Positions 49,779-59,957 of a DNA stretch of 64,000 nt are shown here, piece after piece. The notes under the pieces are model-generated. The model saw only the letters and a list, made by a program, of their open reading frames with translations. It was not told the origin of the DNA and ran no database searches. This DNA is from an uncultured Candidatus Saccharibacteria bacterium. Lineage in GTDB: Bacteria; Patescibacteriota; Dojkabacteria; J137. The stretch lies in contig OZ246402.1 of assembly GCA_965230975.1 (NCBI GenBank), positions 1,120,859-1,184,858 of the forward strand. Direction: 5' to 3'. Made by a program: the position numbers and the translations under genes. Within the stretch, counting starts at the first letter, position 1. The number at the start of each line of letters is the position of its first letter.

Positions 49779-50588
49779 ATGAATACTCCAAAGGTCAGTG
49801 TAGTAATACCAACTTATAACCGTGCTAATGTAATAACCCGATCTATATTGAGTGCTGCAAATCAAGAAACAATTGATGATATTGAAATAGTTGTAGTAGA
49901 TGATGGTAGTACAGACAATACCAAAGAGGTAATAGAAAAACTAAATTTACCAAATGTAAGGTATTTAAAAAAGGAAAATGGGGGAGTTTCTTCTGCAAGA
50001 AATGTAGGTATACGAGAGTCGAAAGGTGAATTTATTGCACTATTAGATTCAGATGATATGCTTAGGTCATGGAGTATACCGTATAGATCAGCCTTTTTGG
50101 ATCAAAACCCACATTATGATGGTATTGCTGGGTCAGCCATTAATATCAATAGTGAATTTCAAGTACATAAAAAGATGTATAGCGAGATAATGGAAAAGGA
50201 CAGAAAATTAGCCGAGTGGGAATCCTTCAACTCTAAACTTATGTTCAATAACGCTAATTCAAAGACTGAATTTTTTAAACTATGCTACCATTACATGATT
50301 TCCACCCAGGGGAAAATTCCATATACAACATCCACTACCATGATACGGAGGAAAAGTCTTATAGATAATCAAATTTATTATAACGAAAAATTAAAAAATG
50401 CTGAGGATATGGAATTTATATATAAATGCGCGAAGGCATTAAACATTAAGTACGATATCATCCGAGCTTTCGCTTACATTCAATTTCAAGAAAATGGACT
50501 AACGAAAAATCTAAAGAATGGACTTGCTCAAAACCAAAAAGATGAAGTCCTTGCATGGATTCAAAATGATTATAAAACAAATTGCTAA
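49779..50588 (+). CDS. Family 2 glycosyltransferase
   Basis: VSVVIPTYNR...VVDDGSTDNT, DSDDM motif. Confidence 0.8.
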   Translation: MNTPKVSVVIPTYNRANVITRSILSAANQETIDDIEIVVVDDGSTDNTKEVIEKLNLPNVRYLKKENGGVSSARNVGIRESKGEFIALLDSDDMLRSWSIPYRSAFLDQNPHYDGIAGSAININSEFQVHKKMYSEIMEKDRKLAEWESFNSKLMFNNANSKTEFFKLCYHYMISTQGKIPYTTSTTMIRRKSLIDNQIYYNEKLKNAEDMEFIYKCAKALNIKYDIIRAFAYIQFQENGLTKNLKNGLAQNQKDEVLAWIQNDYKTNC

Positions 50589-51439
50589 ATTGATTTGACC
50601 TTCTCGAGATATCTATGATTTCTAAAGTGGAGAATTATTGCATCCAGCAATGATAGTTGATAGTCATTTAAAAAGTCTTGTAATTGAACCTTCATATTTT
50701 CAAAATCACGTACTTTTTGTCCGGATATAATACTTTCACCAAACAAACCACCTTGTTCTGGGTGACCAGCTCTACTTCTATAAATCGCAACATAATGTTC
50801 AATTTTCTTTAAAACATAGCCATTGGCAGCTAAAGATAGCCACATTCCAGTATCTTGAGAACTTCTTATTGTATTTATCCATCTAGTTCTAACCGCAGCT
50901 TCTCTTCTAATCATTACTGACTGTGCACTAATTGGAAACTTTGAGGCTAAAACACCTTCAATTACTTCATCTCTAGTATAATTACGATACTCATTTTCAT
51001 TTAGCACATTTTCTTTTCCTGATCTAAAATAGCCTTCATCATTCATTACAAGAACATCGCCACTTACCCAATCAGCACTTGCATCACTAATTAACTCTAA
51101 ATATCGAAAGTAAGCTCCTTTTCTAGTCATTAAATCATCAGCATCAAAGGGTATAATAAAGTTACCTTTTGAAAGATCCAAAGCAGTGTTAAAAGTAACT
51201 GCTGGACCTACATTTTCTTGATTTGAAATAATGTCAACCCTAGTTATATTTGGATTTTTCCATTCAAAATCCTTTACTAATTCAAGAGAATTATCGGTTG
51301 ACTTATCATCAACTATTATAACCTCGATACTAAATTTACCATAAGTAATTTGCCTATCTATTGATGTTAGAGTGTCTACTATATATTTTTCCTTGTTATA
51401 AAGTGGGATTAATATCGAAACTAAATCTGACTGGTTCAT
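50585..51439 (-). CDS. Family 2 glycosyltransferase
   Basis: VSILIPLYNKEKYI...IIVDDKSTDNS, FDADDLM. Confidence 0.8.
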   Translation of the reverse strand: MNQSDLVSILIPLYNKEKYIVDTLTSIDRQITYGKFSIEVIIVDDKSTDNSLELVKDFEWKNPNITRVDIISNQENVGPAVTFNTALDLSKGNFIIPFDADDLMTRKGAYFRYLELISDASADWVSGDVLVMNDEGYFRSGKENVLNENEYRNYTRDEVIEGVLASKFPISAQSVMIRREAAVRTRWINTIRSSQDTGMWLSLAANGYVLKKIEHYVAIYRSRAGHPEQGGLFGESIISGQKVRDFENMKVQLQDFLNDYQLSLLDAIILHFRNHRYLEKVKSI

Positions 51440-52287
51440 TTTGTTCTTATTAAGAAATTTAATACATCTTCTGCCAAATTATTCCCGTAAGCTTCATTTA
51501 CTTTACTGAAATATGGGAATCTATTAATTTCATAAATATACAATTTATTGTCTATTATTTGAAAATCGAAAGCGCAAAAATCTATACTTAAAGCTGTAGC
51601 GATATTTTTTAACTGCTCAACAAATAGGCCATCTAAGTCAAATATCTCAATAGATTTAGTATTATTCCCTTTAAAACTTCCTTCTTTAATAAATCTCTTC
51701 ACGCACCTTATTATTTTATTGTCTAAGTAAATTGCCCGATAATCTACGGACTCTACCTTACTTGGAATAAAATCTTGTACCAAAACATCTTCTTTAACCT
51801 CACTCAACAATTGCTTTGATGCATCAATAGTATCTATTTTGTAAACTCCAGTACCTGCGCAACCTGTAACTTTCTTAATAATAGCTGGATAATTATTTAT
51901 AGAATATTCTCTATTATAATTAAATTGCGTTTGTGGAATAAAGTCACCAATATTTCCTATTAAAATACTTTGAATAAATTTATTAGAAAAAGTTGGGTAT
52001 TTTAATATAGCAGAACCATTTAATATCCTATGTGACTTATTAAGTGATAAAGTAAGTAGATAATAAAGGTGTTCATACTTCTCTGCCAGAAAAACAATAT
52101 ATTTAGCACTTTTAATCAAATCCTCATCTTTACAAAAATTAACTGAATCACCTTTTCCAATAGTAAAAGTTAGCTTTGTTGGATCAAGATCAATAGTTTC
52201 AAAACCTAATTTTTTTGCAGCAGTTGAATAAAACAAATTCCACTGCCAAGCTGGTGCCTCGCCTATAACTAGAATTTTATCACTCAT
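51436..52287 (-). CDS. Third ATP-grasp-like ligase
   Basis: PAIIKKVTGCAGTGVYKI, VLVQDFIP, YIYEINRFPYF C-terminal ATP-grasp pattern. Confidence 0.5.
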   Translation of the reverse strand: MSDKILVIGEAPAWQWNLFYSTAAKKLGFETIDLDPTKLTFTIGKGDSVNFCKDEDLIKSAKYIVFLAEKYEHLYYLLTLSLNKSHRILNGSAILKYPTFSNKFIQSILIGNIGDFIPQTQFNYNREYSINNYPAIIKKVTGCAGTGVYKIDTIDASKQLLSEVKEDVLVQDFIPSKVESVDYRAIYLDNKIIRCVKRFIKEGSFKGNNTKSIEIFDLDGLFVEQLKNIATALSIDFCAFDFQIIDNKLYIYEINRFPYFSKVNEAYGNNLAEDVLNFLIRTK

Positions 52288-52415
52288 ATAATAAATTTTA
52301 ATACAGGATTATACCATCAACCAATTCCCTTTTAAAAGCTGATATGCTAATATCTGCTAACAGAATAAGCGCAATTATTAAATCTTAGCTAACTTATTTA
52401 TTATAACCAACTTAT

Positions 52416-53024
52416 ATGATTCAAAAGCCAAGTAATTACGAAAGAACTCTGGTTATGCTAAAACCAGATGCAGTACAAAGAGGATTAATGGGAGAAATAC
52501 TATCCCGATTTGAAAAGAAAGGCCTTAAAATAACAGCAATGAAAATGGTATGGCCAACTAAAGAACAAGCAGAGCAACACTACTGGTGGAGCGATGAAGA
52601 AAAAACAAAAAACGGAAACAGAACAATAGCAATATACAAAGAAAAAGGAATAGAATTAAATAAAACACCAATCGAATTAGCCGAAGACGTACAAAAAAGA
52701 CTAATTAAATTCTTAACAGCAGGACCAGTTGTTGCAATGGTAATAGAATCTGCACACGCAATAGAACATGTAAGAAAAATCACAGGACACGGTAGCCCAC
52801 TACAAGCAGACGTAGGTACCATAAGATCTGAATTCACAATTGACTCTTACATAATGGCAGACGAAGCATTTAGAGCGGCAAGAAACCTAATACACGCATC
52901 TAGCTCTGTAGATGAAGCAGAAAGAGAACTAAAAGTATGGTTTAAAGAAGAAGAAATCTCTGACTACGAAACAGCTATCGAAAGAGTACTATACAGCATG
53001 GAATGGGAAGAACCAAAGAAATAA
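52416..53024 (+). CDS. ndk: Nucleoside diphosphate kinase with an internal insertion
   Basis: RTLVMLKPDAVQRGLMGEI...NLIHASSSVDEAERE (active-site His context); 202 aa versus about 140 typical. Confidence 0.75.
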   Translation: MIQKPSNYERTLVMLKPDAVQRGLMGEILSRFEKKGLKITAMKMVWPTKEQAEQHYWWSDEEKTKNGNRTIAIYKEKGIELNKTPIELAEDVQKRLIKFLTAGPVVAMVIESAHAIEHVRKITGHGSPLQADVGTIRSEFTIDSYIMADEAFRAARNLIHASSSVDEAERELKVWFKEEEISDYETAIERVLYSMEWEEPKK

Positions 53025-53043
53025 TATTTGCATTAACACTACC

Positions 53044-53074
53044 CCGCCCTGTTAGCAATAACAGGGCTTTTTTA
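53044..53074 (+). terminator. Rho-independent terminator after ndk
   Basis: GCCCTGTTAGCAATAACAGGGC followed by TTTTTT. Confidence 0.85.
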
Positions 53075-53130
53075 TTAATAAAACTTAAATAAGTGATATA
53101 ATTTCCAAGCACTCAGCACATTAAACACAC

Positions 53131-53203
53131 GTCCTTGTAGCTCAATGGATAGAGCAATCCCGTCCTAAGGGAGAGGTTGCAGGTTCAACTCCTGCCAAGG
53201 ATA
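53131..53203 (+). tRNA. tRNA-Arg (anticodon CCT)
   Basis: GTCCTTGTAGCTCAATGGATAGAGCAATCCCGTCCTAAGGGAG...GCAGGTTCAACTCCTGC CAAGGAT; anticodon loop GTCCTAA. Confidence 0.7.
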
Positions 53204-53309
53204 TTTGAAAAATATAGGTAGTAAGTTATCAGTCATAAGAAAACAGTCTAAGTTCCAAATATTTGCTACAAAGAGATCTCTTTAAACTTATTAACCACAA
53301 CTAAAGACT

Positions 53310-54464
53310 TTAATAAGGAACATAAGGAGCTGGGTCTACAATAACACCATTAATTCTCAACCCAAAATGCAAGTGAGTACCTGTACAATTACCCGTACAA
53401 CCCATATACATTAAATCTTGACCTTGAGAAACCTGTTGACCAGATCTAACCCAAATATTTCCATCTCCATGATAATAATGACTTTGAACACCGTTACCAT
53501 GGTCTATTCTAACATTGTAACCTTCACCATAAGTACCCCAACCAGCATAAACTACCGTACCCGAAGCAATAGCCCTAATAGGACACCCTCCTCCTTTTGC
53601 TAAGTCAACACCATTATGCCAAGGTAAAAATCCTCGAGACAAAATATAACCACCACAGTCAGGATTAGACAAAGGATTTGCCGTAGAAATACCATTTACA
53701 TTGCCCGAACCACTAACTAAAGATTGTCCATAGTTTGTTGGGTACCTTGCATAAACAGGTTGTGGCAATGGTGGCGGAGGTGGTGGCAACTTACCATCTG
53801 GAATTAATATTTTTGTACCTACAGTCACTTTAAAATCTGGATATTCTAATTCATTTACACCAATTACCGCTTCCCTATCACCAGAAGTTTTTGAAACAAT
53901 ACTTTCCAAAGTATCACCAGCCTTTACCTCGTATAAAACACCCGGAACCTCCGGAATCTGCAAAGTATCTCCTACATTTAACTTTTCTGAATAATAATCT
54001 ATTTGAGAATTTGCCCATTTAATTGTATCTTTTGAAACCTTAAATTTATCTGCTACGCTTTGAAGGCTGTCTCCATTTTGGACTACATATTGATTAACTG
54101 TAAAGTAAACACCCGGAGTTGACGCTAAAACGGTCTGAATACTGCCACCCTGCTGTAACAAATCTATATCACCAGGGTTCAAAGCCGACTGAATAGATAA
54201 TGTTTGAGAAGTAGATTGAACAGCATTTAACCTGGTAGAAATTCCTGTTAGCACAATTAAAACTGAAAATACAAAAAAAGAAACATGAAGAATATTTTTA
54301 TATAAAGAACTTCTACCCCAAAAAGACCTGTAGACAAGTGCCTTTTTACTTCCTTCTAAACCTTTAGTTAAAGACTTAGCTGATACGCCAAAAAAAGCTA
54401 GTATAATTTTAGCCCACAAAATGGGATTTAAAAAAGAAGCAATTTGTTTAATGCGACCAAACAA
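53310..54464 (-). CDS. Secreted/membrane-anchored M23 (LytM) peptidase with two LysM domains
   Basis: LysM (YVVQNGDSLQSVADKF, YEVKAGDTLESIVSK), poly-Pro linker, M23 motifs HNGVDL...HLHFG. Confidence 0.85.
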   Translation of the reverse strand: MFGRIKQIASFLNPILWAKIILAFFGVSAKSLTKGLEGSKKALVYRSFWGRSSLYKNILHVSFFVFSVLIVLTGISTRLNAVQSTSQTLSIQSALNPGDIDLLQQGGSIQTVLASTPGVYFTVNQYVVQNGDSLQSVADKFKVSKDTIKWANSQIDYYSEKLNVGDTLQIPEVPGVLYEVKAGDTLESIVSKTSGDREAVIGVNELEYPDFKVTVGTKILIPDGKLPPPPPPLPQPVYARYPTNYGQSLVSGSGNVNGISTANPLSNPDCGGYILSRGFLPWHNGVDLAKGGGCPIRAIASGTVVYAGWGTYGEGYNVRIDHGNGVQSHYYHGDGNIWVRSGQQVSQGQDLMYMGCTGNCTGTHLHFGLRINGVIVDPAPYVPY

Positions 54465-54525
54465 TCTTTTAATATCAAAGACTGTAATAACTTAGACCTG
54501 AAAATTATACCACGAAAAGAGTTGC

Positions 54526-54558
54526 CAATAAAAAGGGCCCCGACATTGTCGGGGCCCT
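54526..54558 (-). terminator. Rho-independent terminator downstream of rho (minus strand)
   Basis: GGGCCCCGACAATGTCGGGGCCC followed on the minus strand by TTTTTATT. Confidence 0.8.
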
Positions 54559-54647
54559 TTGGTATTTTGTTATTAGAAGAATTTTTAATTTATACAACTT
54601 AATACTCTAGCCTAGCTACATGCACTCAGCTTTAGCATTAAACTCAA

Positions 54648-55937
54648 TTACATTGTTTCGTGTAATGTTGCTAAAAATTCTTCGTTGTTTTTTGTTTTCT
54701 TTAATCTTTCTACCAAAACCTCTGTTGGGCTAGCGTTAGATTCTGTTTTAATCATATCTAACATTCTAATTACCCTCCATGTTTGAGCTAAGATTTCTGG
54801 TTTTAACAGCTTATCTTCATTTCTTGTGTAAGACTGAGTTACGTCTATTGCAGGGAAAATTCTTCTTTCTGTTAATCTTCTATCTAATTTAACTTCCATG
54901 TTACCAGTTCCTTTAAATTCTTCGAAAATAACTTCGTCCATCTTGCTTCCAGTATCTACTAAAGCTGTTGCAATAATTGTTAAACTACCTCCATTTTCCA
55001 TATTTCTAGCTGCTCCAAAGAACTTTTTTGGTGGGAAAATAGCCTTAGGGTCAAAACCTCCGGATAATGTTCTTCCAGATGGTGGTTCTACAATGTTATA
55101 TGCTCTAGCCAATCTTGTAATACTATCCATTAAAATAACTACGTCTTTGCCGTACTCTACAAGTCTTTTTGCCCTCTCAACTGCCATTTCACTAATTTTT
55201 GTGTGATATTCTGGCATTTCATCAAAGTTTGCAGCAATTACCTCGCCTTTTACAAATCTTTGCATATCAGTTACTTCTTCTGGTCTTTCACCTACTAACA
55301 ACACCATCAAATGAATTTCTGGGTGATTTTTTGCAATTCCAGCTGCAATATCTTTCATTAACCATGTTTTACCGGCTTTTGGGGGAGCAACAATCATTCC
55401 TCTTTGACCTTTACCAATTGGGGAAATTAAGTCAATGATTCTTGTAGCAATTGTATGTTGATCTGTTTCTAATTTAATTTGTTCGTCTGGGAAGATTGGC
55501 GTTAAGCTTTGAAAGCTTGGTCTTGTAATAGCCTTTTCAGGACTATAGCCATTAATTGCTTCAATTTTTAATAAGCTTAAGTATCTTTCACCTTCCTTTG
55601 GTGGTCTTGCTTGACCAGATATAAAGTCTCCTTGTCTTAAGTTAAATCTTTTAATTTGAGAACCAGATACATAAACATCGTTTTCACCAGGAAGCATTGT
55701 TGCAGATCTTAATACTCCATGAGTATCTTTAATAATTTCTAAAAAGCCTTCGGCAAATATATTGCCTCCTCTTTTAGTTTGCTCTGCTACAATATTTAAA
55801 ATTAGGTCGTTCTTTTTGAGTTCTGAAGAATCTTTAATGTCTAAATCTGCTGCTACTTTTCTTAACTCTGCTAATGTTTTGCTTTCTAAATCTTTAATAC
55901 TTGTTGATTGCACAATAGTATCTTTTTTCGTTGCCAT
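54648..55937 (-). CDS. rho: Transcription termination factor Rho
   Basis: Rho N-terminal domain, OB/CSD, RecA-like ATPase (GQRGMIVAPPKAGKTWLM). Confidence 0.95.
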   Translation of the reverse strand: MATKKDTIVQSTSIKDLESKTLAELRKVAADLDIKDSSELKKNDLILNIVAEQTKRGGNIFAEGFLEIIKDTHGVLRSATMLPGENDVYVSGSQIKRFNLRQGDFISGQARPPKEGERYLSLLKIEAINGYSPEKAITRPSFQSLTPIFPDEQIKLETDQHTIATRIIDLISPIGKGQRGMIVAPPKAGKTWLMKDIAAGIAKNHPEIHLMVLLVGERPEEVTDMQRFVKGEVIAANFDEMPEYHTKISEMAVERAKRLVEYGKDVVILMDSITRLARAYNIVEPPSGRTLSGGFDPKAIFPPKKFFGAARNMENGGSLTIIATALVDTGSKMDEVIFEEFKGTGNMEVKLDRRLTERRIFPAIDVTQSYTRNEDKLLKPEILAQTWRVIRMLDMIKTESNASPTEVLVERLKKTKNNEEFLATLHETM

Positions 55938-56443
55938 ACTATAAAAATGAAAATATATAAATAAAAAGTTGAATTACTTTGAAGTTTGAATGTTACTAAT
56001 TAGTACATTTAATAAATAAATCATTTTGGTTAATACCTAGATGCTTTTGGTAAGGTAAATTTGTTTTACCAACTGTCTTGATGATTCTCTTATTACTTTA
56101 CAACAAAGCAAGATGAGAAATATATCGAAGTTGCATTAATTATATTCCAAAATTTAAAGTTAGTCTACAGTTTATATTTTAGGGAATTATTTTGAAAGGA
56201 AAATACCCGCTAATCCGAGAGTCCAGTAAGTACCCAGTAACGTAAGTCACCGAGTTGTACGCGAACCAGACTCTGGGATTAATTGGTATTTTTTAAAGGA
56301 ACACTATTATTATACCCTATAATTATAAAATGTCAACACCTATAGTATTGAGCTATCTCTTGTGCACAAGGCTGGCAATGGATAAATTAGACTATTTGAA
56401 AACTACAAATGCTATAATCTGCTCTAAGATTTACAGATGAATT

Positions 56444-57262
56444 ATGAAAACACAGACAATGCTAGAAGAAACAGCCCTAGAGTTGGTCCATGGATACAAT
56501 GTCGATTCCTCAAGCGTAGAACCTACTAGAATAGACCTATTTAATAAGATGGTGCACAAAGGAATATTAATAGGACTCTCTAAAATTAAGATGGAAGATG
56601 GAAAAATTATTATACCCATAAGATATCATCACTTATCAAAAATAAAATCCCTCCTCAAATCAATTATAGATTATAGAATAGACCCCACGGATCTTGAGTC
56701 AATGCAAGATTTAATAAGCACTTATGTAAATAATATTATTGGGAGTACAAATTTCTTAGCAAAGCTCACTGGTGATAGCACATATAAAGACGATTTACTT
56801 GGAACCGACTCGGATTCACCACTGACAGAGGCAGAGAGAATCTTAGCGGTAAGAACAATCAATGAAAAAAGATTATACGTTATCTTAACCTTGATTATTA
56901 GCCATACCGAATTAACTATTTTAAAAGTTGGAGGATTAGTAGATAGTGTTCATTGTGAGAACTTAATTGGAAAATGCCAACATTGCCATATTGTAATGAG
57001 CGCTAAACCATTAAACGACGACCAATCTTCTTACTTAGATACTGCAGACTTTAAAGATACTCTCGATTTAGCTAAGACTTCTCAGTTACAGCTACATTAC
57101 GAACCGCAACTAGTGATAAGATTTGCTAGCAACGACACCTCCACTCCCTATAAAACGATATTTGCAGAAAACTCACCATTGAGTGGAGATGTCGCAAATG
57201 TGCCATATATAAACTTAAGTTCTACACTTTTAATAGAAAGCCTACACTCCCAAGAAAGCTAG
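56444..57262 (+). CDS. Hypothetical protein with Cys/His cluster (CENLIGKCQHCH)
   Basis: 272 aa, no recognisable family. Extended -10 TGCTATAAT at about 56411-56419. Composition slightly GC-richer than neighbours. Confidence 0.5.
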   Translation: MKTQTMLEETALELVHGYNVDSSSVEPTRIDLFNKMVHKGILIGLSKIKMEDGKIIIPIRYHHLSKIKSLLKSIIDYRIDPTDLESMQDLISTYVNNIIGSTNFLAKLTGDSTYKDDLLGTDSDSPLTEAERILAVRTINEKRLYVILTLIISHTELTILKVGGLVDSVHCENLIGKCQHCHIVMSAKPLNDDQSSYLDTADFKDTLDLAKTSQLQLHYEPQLVIRFASNDTSTPYKTIFAENSPLSGDVANVPYINLSSTLLIESLHSQES

Positions 57263-57267
57263 TCCCC

Positions 57268-59793
57268 TTATTTCTCAAACTCAAATTTAGCAACCCCTTC
57301 TTTAACAAATGCTCGTATTTTTAGAGTATTCTTTCTTTTTTGAGAGATTTTATTTTCTAACAAGAATTTTGCTAAACCATTTTGAAGAATATCCTGAACT
57401 TTTCTTCTTATATTCCTACCTCCAAATTCTTTACTGTAACCCTCATCGTTAATCTTTTGAATAACACTATCATCTACGGTAATGTAAACACCCTTAGGAA
57501 TCATTTGCAATACAAATTCATTAACCTGTTTTTTAGATATTAGCAAGCAATCTTCTTTATTTAAGCCCCTAAAGATATCTATCAAATCAATTCTATTTAA
57601 AATCTCAGGTCTCATTTGAAATCTAAGCTCCTCCATAATTTTGTCCCTCATATCTTCGTATGCACGGTCTAGCTCTTTAGTTTCAAGATCATCAATTCTA
57701 ATATCAAAACCTAGTCTAGAATCCGTTGACACATCTCTAGCTCCAATATTTGAGGTCATTATAATTATTGTATTTCTTAAAGAGACTTTCAAACCTTTTC
57801 CATCTGTAATTTCACCTTCTTCTAAAATTTGCAAAAGCAAATTTAGAACATCCGGGTGAGCCTTCTCTATTTCATCAAAAAGCACTACACAATAAGGTTT
57901 TCTTTTTACAAAAGTAGTTAATTGACCGCCATCTTGAAAACCAACATAACCTGGAGGAGAGCCTATGAGCTTGGAAACGCTATGCTGCTCCATAAATTCA
58001 CTCATATTTATTTGAAATAGCAAGTTGTCAGAACCAAACAATTCTCTTGCCAAAGATTTAGCCAACTCCGTTTTACCAACTCCTGTAGGTCCTAAAAACA
58101 AGAAGGAAGATAATGGCCTTTTATCACTATTCAAACCTAAATGAGATCTCTGTATAGCCATTGTGACCTCATCTATTATTTTTTCTTGACCAATAACCCT
58201 CTCTTTTAATTTTGGAGACAAATCTTTTAAAGACTTGTCTGAAATATCGCTTGCTGCAATTGGAATTTTTGTCCATTCTACTACAATATTTCTGATCAAT
58301 TCTGAAGTTACCGTTTTAGAGTACTTTGAGCTTGTTTTCTTTTTTCCATCTATAACATCTTCAATCTCTTTTATTACAGCATTCTCTTTATCTTTGAATT
58401 CAGATGCTTTTTTAAAATCCTTATTATTTAAAGCTTTTTGTTTTTTTTCTTGAATTTGAAGTAGCTCTTCACCCAACCTACTTAATTCCGGCTCTAAATC
58501 AATTTCTCTACCTACCTTTACGCTAGCAGCAGCCTCATCTATTAAATCAATTGCCTTATCTGGCAAGTATCTATCTTTTATATATTTATCTGATACCTCT
58601 ACAGCCGTATCTACCGCATCTAATTTAATCTTTACATTATGAAATTTTTCAAATTCGGGTACAATTGTTCTAATTACATTTTTTGCGGCATCCAAGCTTA
58701 ATTCTTCTACAAAAATCGGCTGAAACCTTCTTGCTAAAGCAGCATCTGATTCAAAGTATTTACTATATTCATCATGCGTTGTAGCACCAATAACACTTAG
58801 ATTTGAATTTGTTAAATATGGTTTTAGAATATTTGCAATATCCATACTATCTCTAGCCCCTGCAGATCCGGCCCCTACGATTGTGTGAATTTCATCAATA
58901 AACAATATTGTGTCTCCCGATTCCATGACTTCTTCTAGGATTACACTTAACCGCTCCTCTACATCTCCTCTTAAGCGTGCACCCGCCAAAATCGCGGATA
59001 TGTCTAAATTTACTACTTTTTTATTTATAAATGATGCAGGGACTTTTTTTTGAACTAAACGATTTACAAAGCCTTCTACTATTGCAGTTTTACCAACACC
59101 AGCTTCTCCAACCAAGATAGGGTTGTTTTTGGTTTTTCTTGCTAGGATGTGTATTAACCTTTTAATTTCTTGATCTCTGCCACTAATATTGGGAAAGCTA
59201 TCTTCTAAAGCTTGTTGATTCATATCTCTAGAAAAATCCTCTAGAGCATTGTCTTTAAAATCTGCAAATTCGTTAGCAACTCTTGAACCCTGAGGATTCA
59301 TTTGTCCTGGATATGTTACTGTAGAAAGCAGTGCTTTTTGCACCATTTCATAGTTTATACCCAATTTTTTCATATCTTCAATAAAGTCTACATTTTGTAA
59401 TTTAAACATAGCCAATAACAAATGTTCTGTACCTACATAGACGTTTTGAAGCTCTGAAGCAATTACAAAAGCGTTATTTATTATCTCTTTTATCTCTTCT
59501 GAAAACTGAGTTGTTATATCTATATTTGAAAGTGAATTATCTTCAAACTTGATTTTAAATTTGCTTATTGTTGTATCTATATCGATTCCGACTTTTTGAA
59601 TAATTTCGCTTACTACATTGTTTCTATCTCTTAGCATTTCATAGAATAAATGCATGGGTGTATATTGCCTAAAATTATGCTCCTGTGCTGTATCAAATCC
59701 TTTTTGAATTATGTTTCTGGCATTTAAAGTTAGTCTTTGAAAGCCTTTTGTATCTTGAGTTAATTGGTTATCCATAAGTGTTGTAGAAATCAT
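57268..59793 (-). CDS. clpC: Clp/Hsp100 AAA+ chaperone, ClpC-like (Clp-N, two AAA modules, UVR-like linker)
   Basis: GEAGVGKTAIVEGF and LFLGPTGVGKTELAK Walker A motifs; Clp_N repeats; short middle domain. Confidence 0.9.
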   Translation of the reverse strand: MISTTLMDNQLTQDTKGFQRLTLNARNIIQKGFDTAQEHNFRQYTPMHLFYEMLRDRNNVVSEIIQKVGIDIDTTISKFKIKFEDNSLSNIDITTQFSEEIKEIINNAFVIASELQNVYVGTEHLLLAMFKLQNVDFIEDMKKLGINYEMVQKALLSTVTYPGQMNPQGSRVANEFADFKDNALEDFSRDMNQQALEDSFPNISGRDQEIKRLIHILARKTKNNPILVGEAGVGKTAIVEGFVNRLVQKKVPASFINKKVVNLDISAILAGARLRGDVEERLSVILEEVMESGDTILFIDEIHTIVGAGSAGARDSMDIANILKPYLTNSNLSVIGATTHDEYSKYFESDAALARRFQPIFVEELSLDAAKNVIRTIVPEFEKFHNVKIKLDAVDTAVEVSDKYIKDRYLPDKAIDLIDEAAASVKVGREIDLEPELSRLGEELLQIQEKKQKALNNKDFKKASEFKDKENAVIKEIEDVIDGKKKTSSKYSKTVTSELIRNIVVEWTKIPIAASDISDKSLKDLSPKLKERVIGQEKIIDEVTMAIQRSHLGLNSDKRPLSSFLFLGPTGVGKTELAKSLARELFGSDNLLFQINMSEFMEQHSVSKLIGSPPGYVGFQDGGQLTTFVKRKPYCVVLFDEIEKAHPDVLNLLLQILEEGEITDGKGLKVSLRNTIIIMTSNIGARDVSTDSRLGFDIRIDDLETKELDRAYEDMRDKIMEELRFQMRPEILNRIDLIDIFRGLNKEDCLLISKKQVNEFVLQMIPKGVYITVDDSVIQKINDEGYSKEFGGRNIRRKVQDILQNGLAKFLLENKISQKRKNTLKIRAFVKEGVAKFEFEK

Positions 59794-59957
59794 TTAACTG
59801 TAAATTTTACCACACGTTAGCAGGTACGCGTAAGGGGTGATAACGAGAAATTAACTCATTTTATTATGCTCCCAAGTTCTCTGCACATGGCAAATTATCC
59901 CACAAGCTGTGCGACAATTTTTAATACATTTAAATAAATCTATTGTAAAATCCTTAC

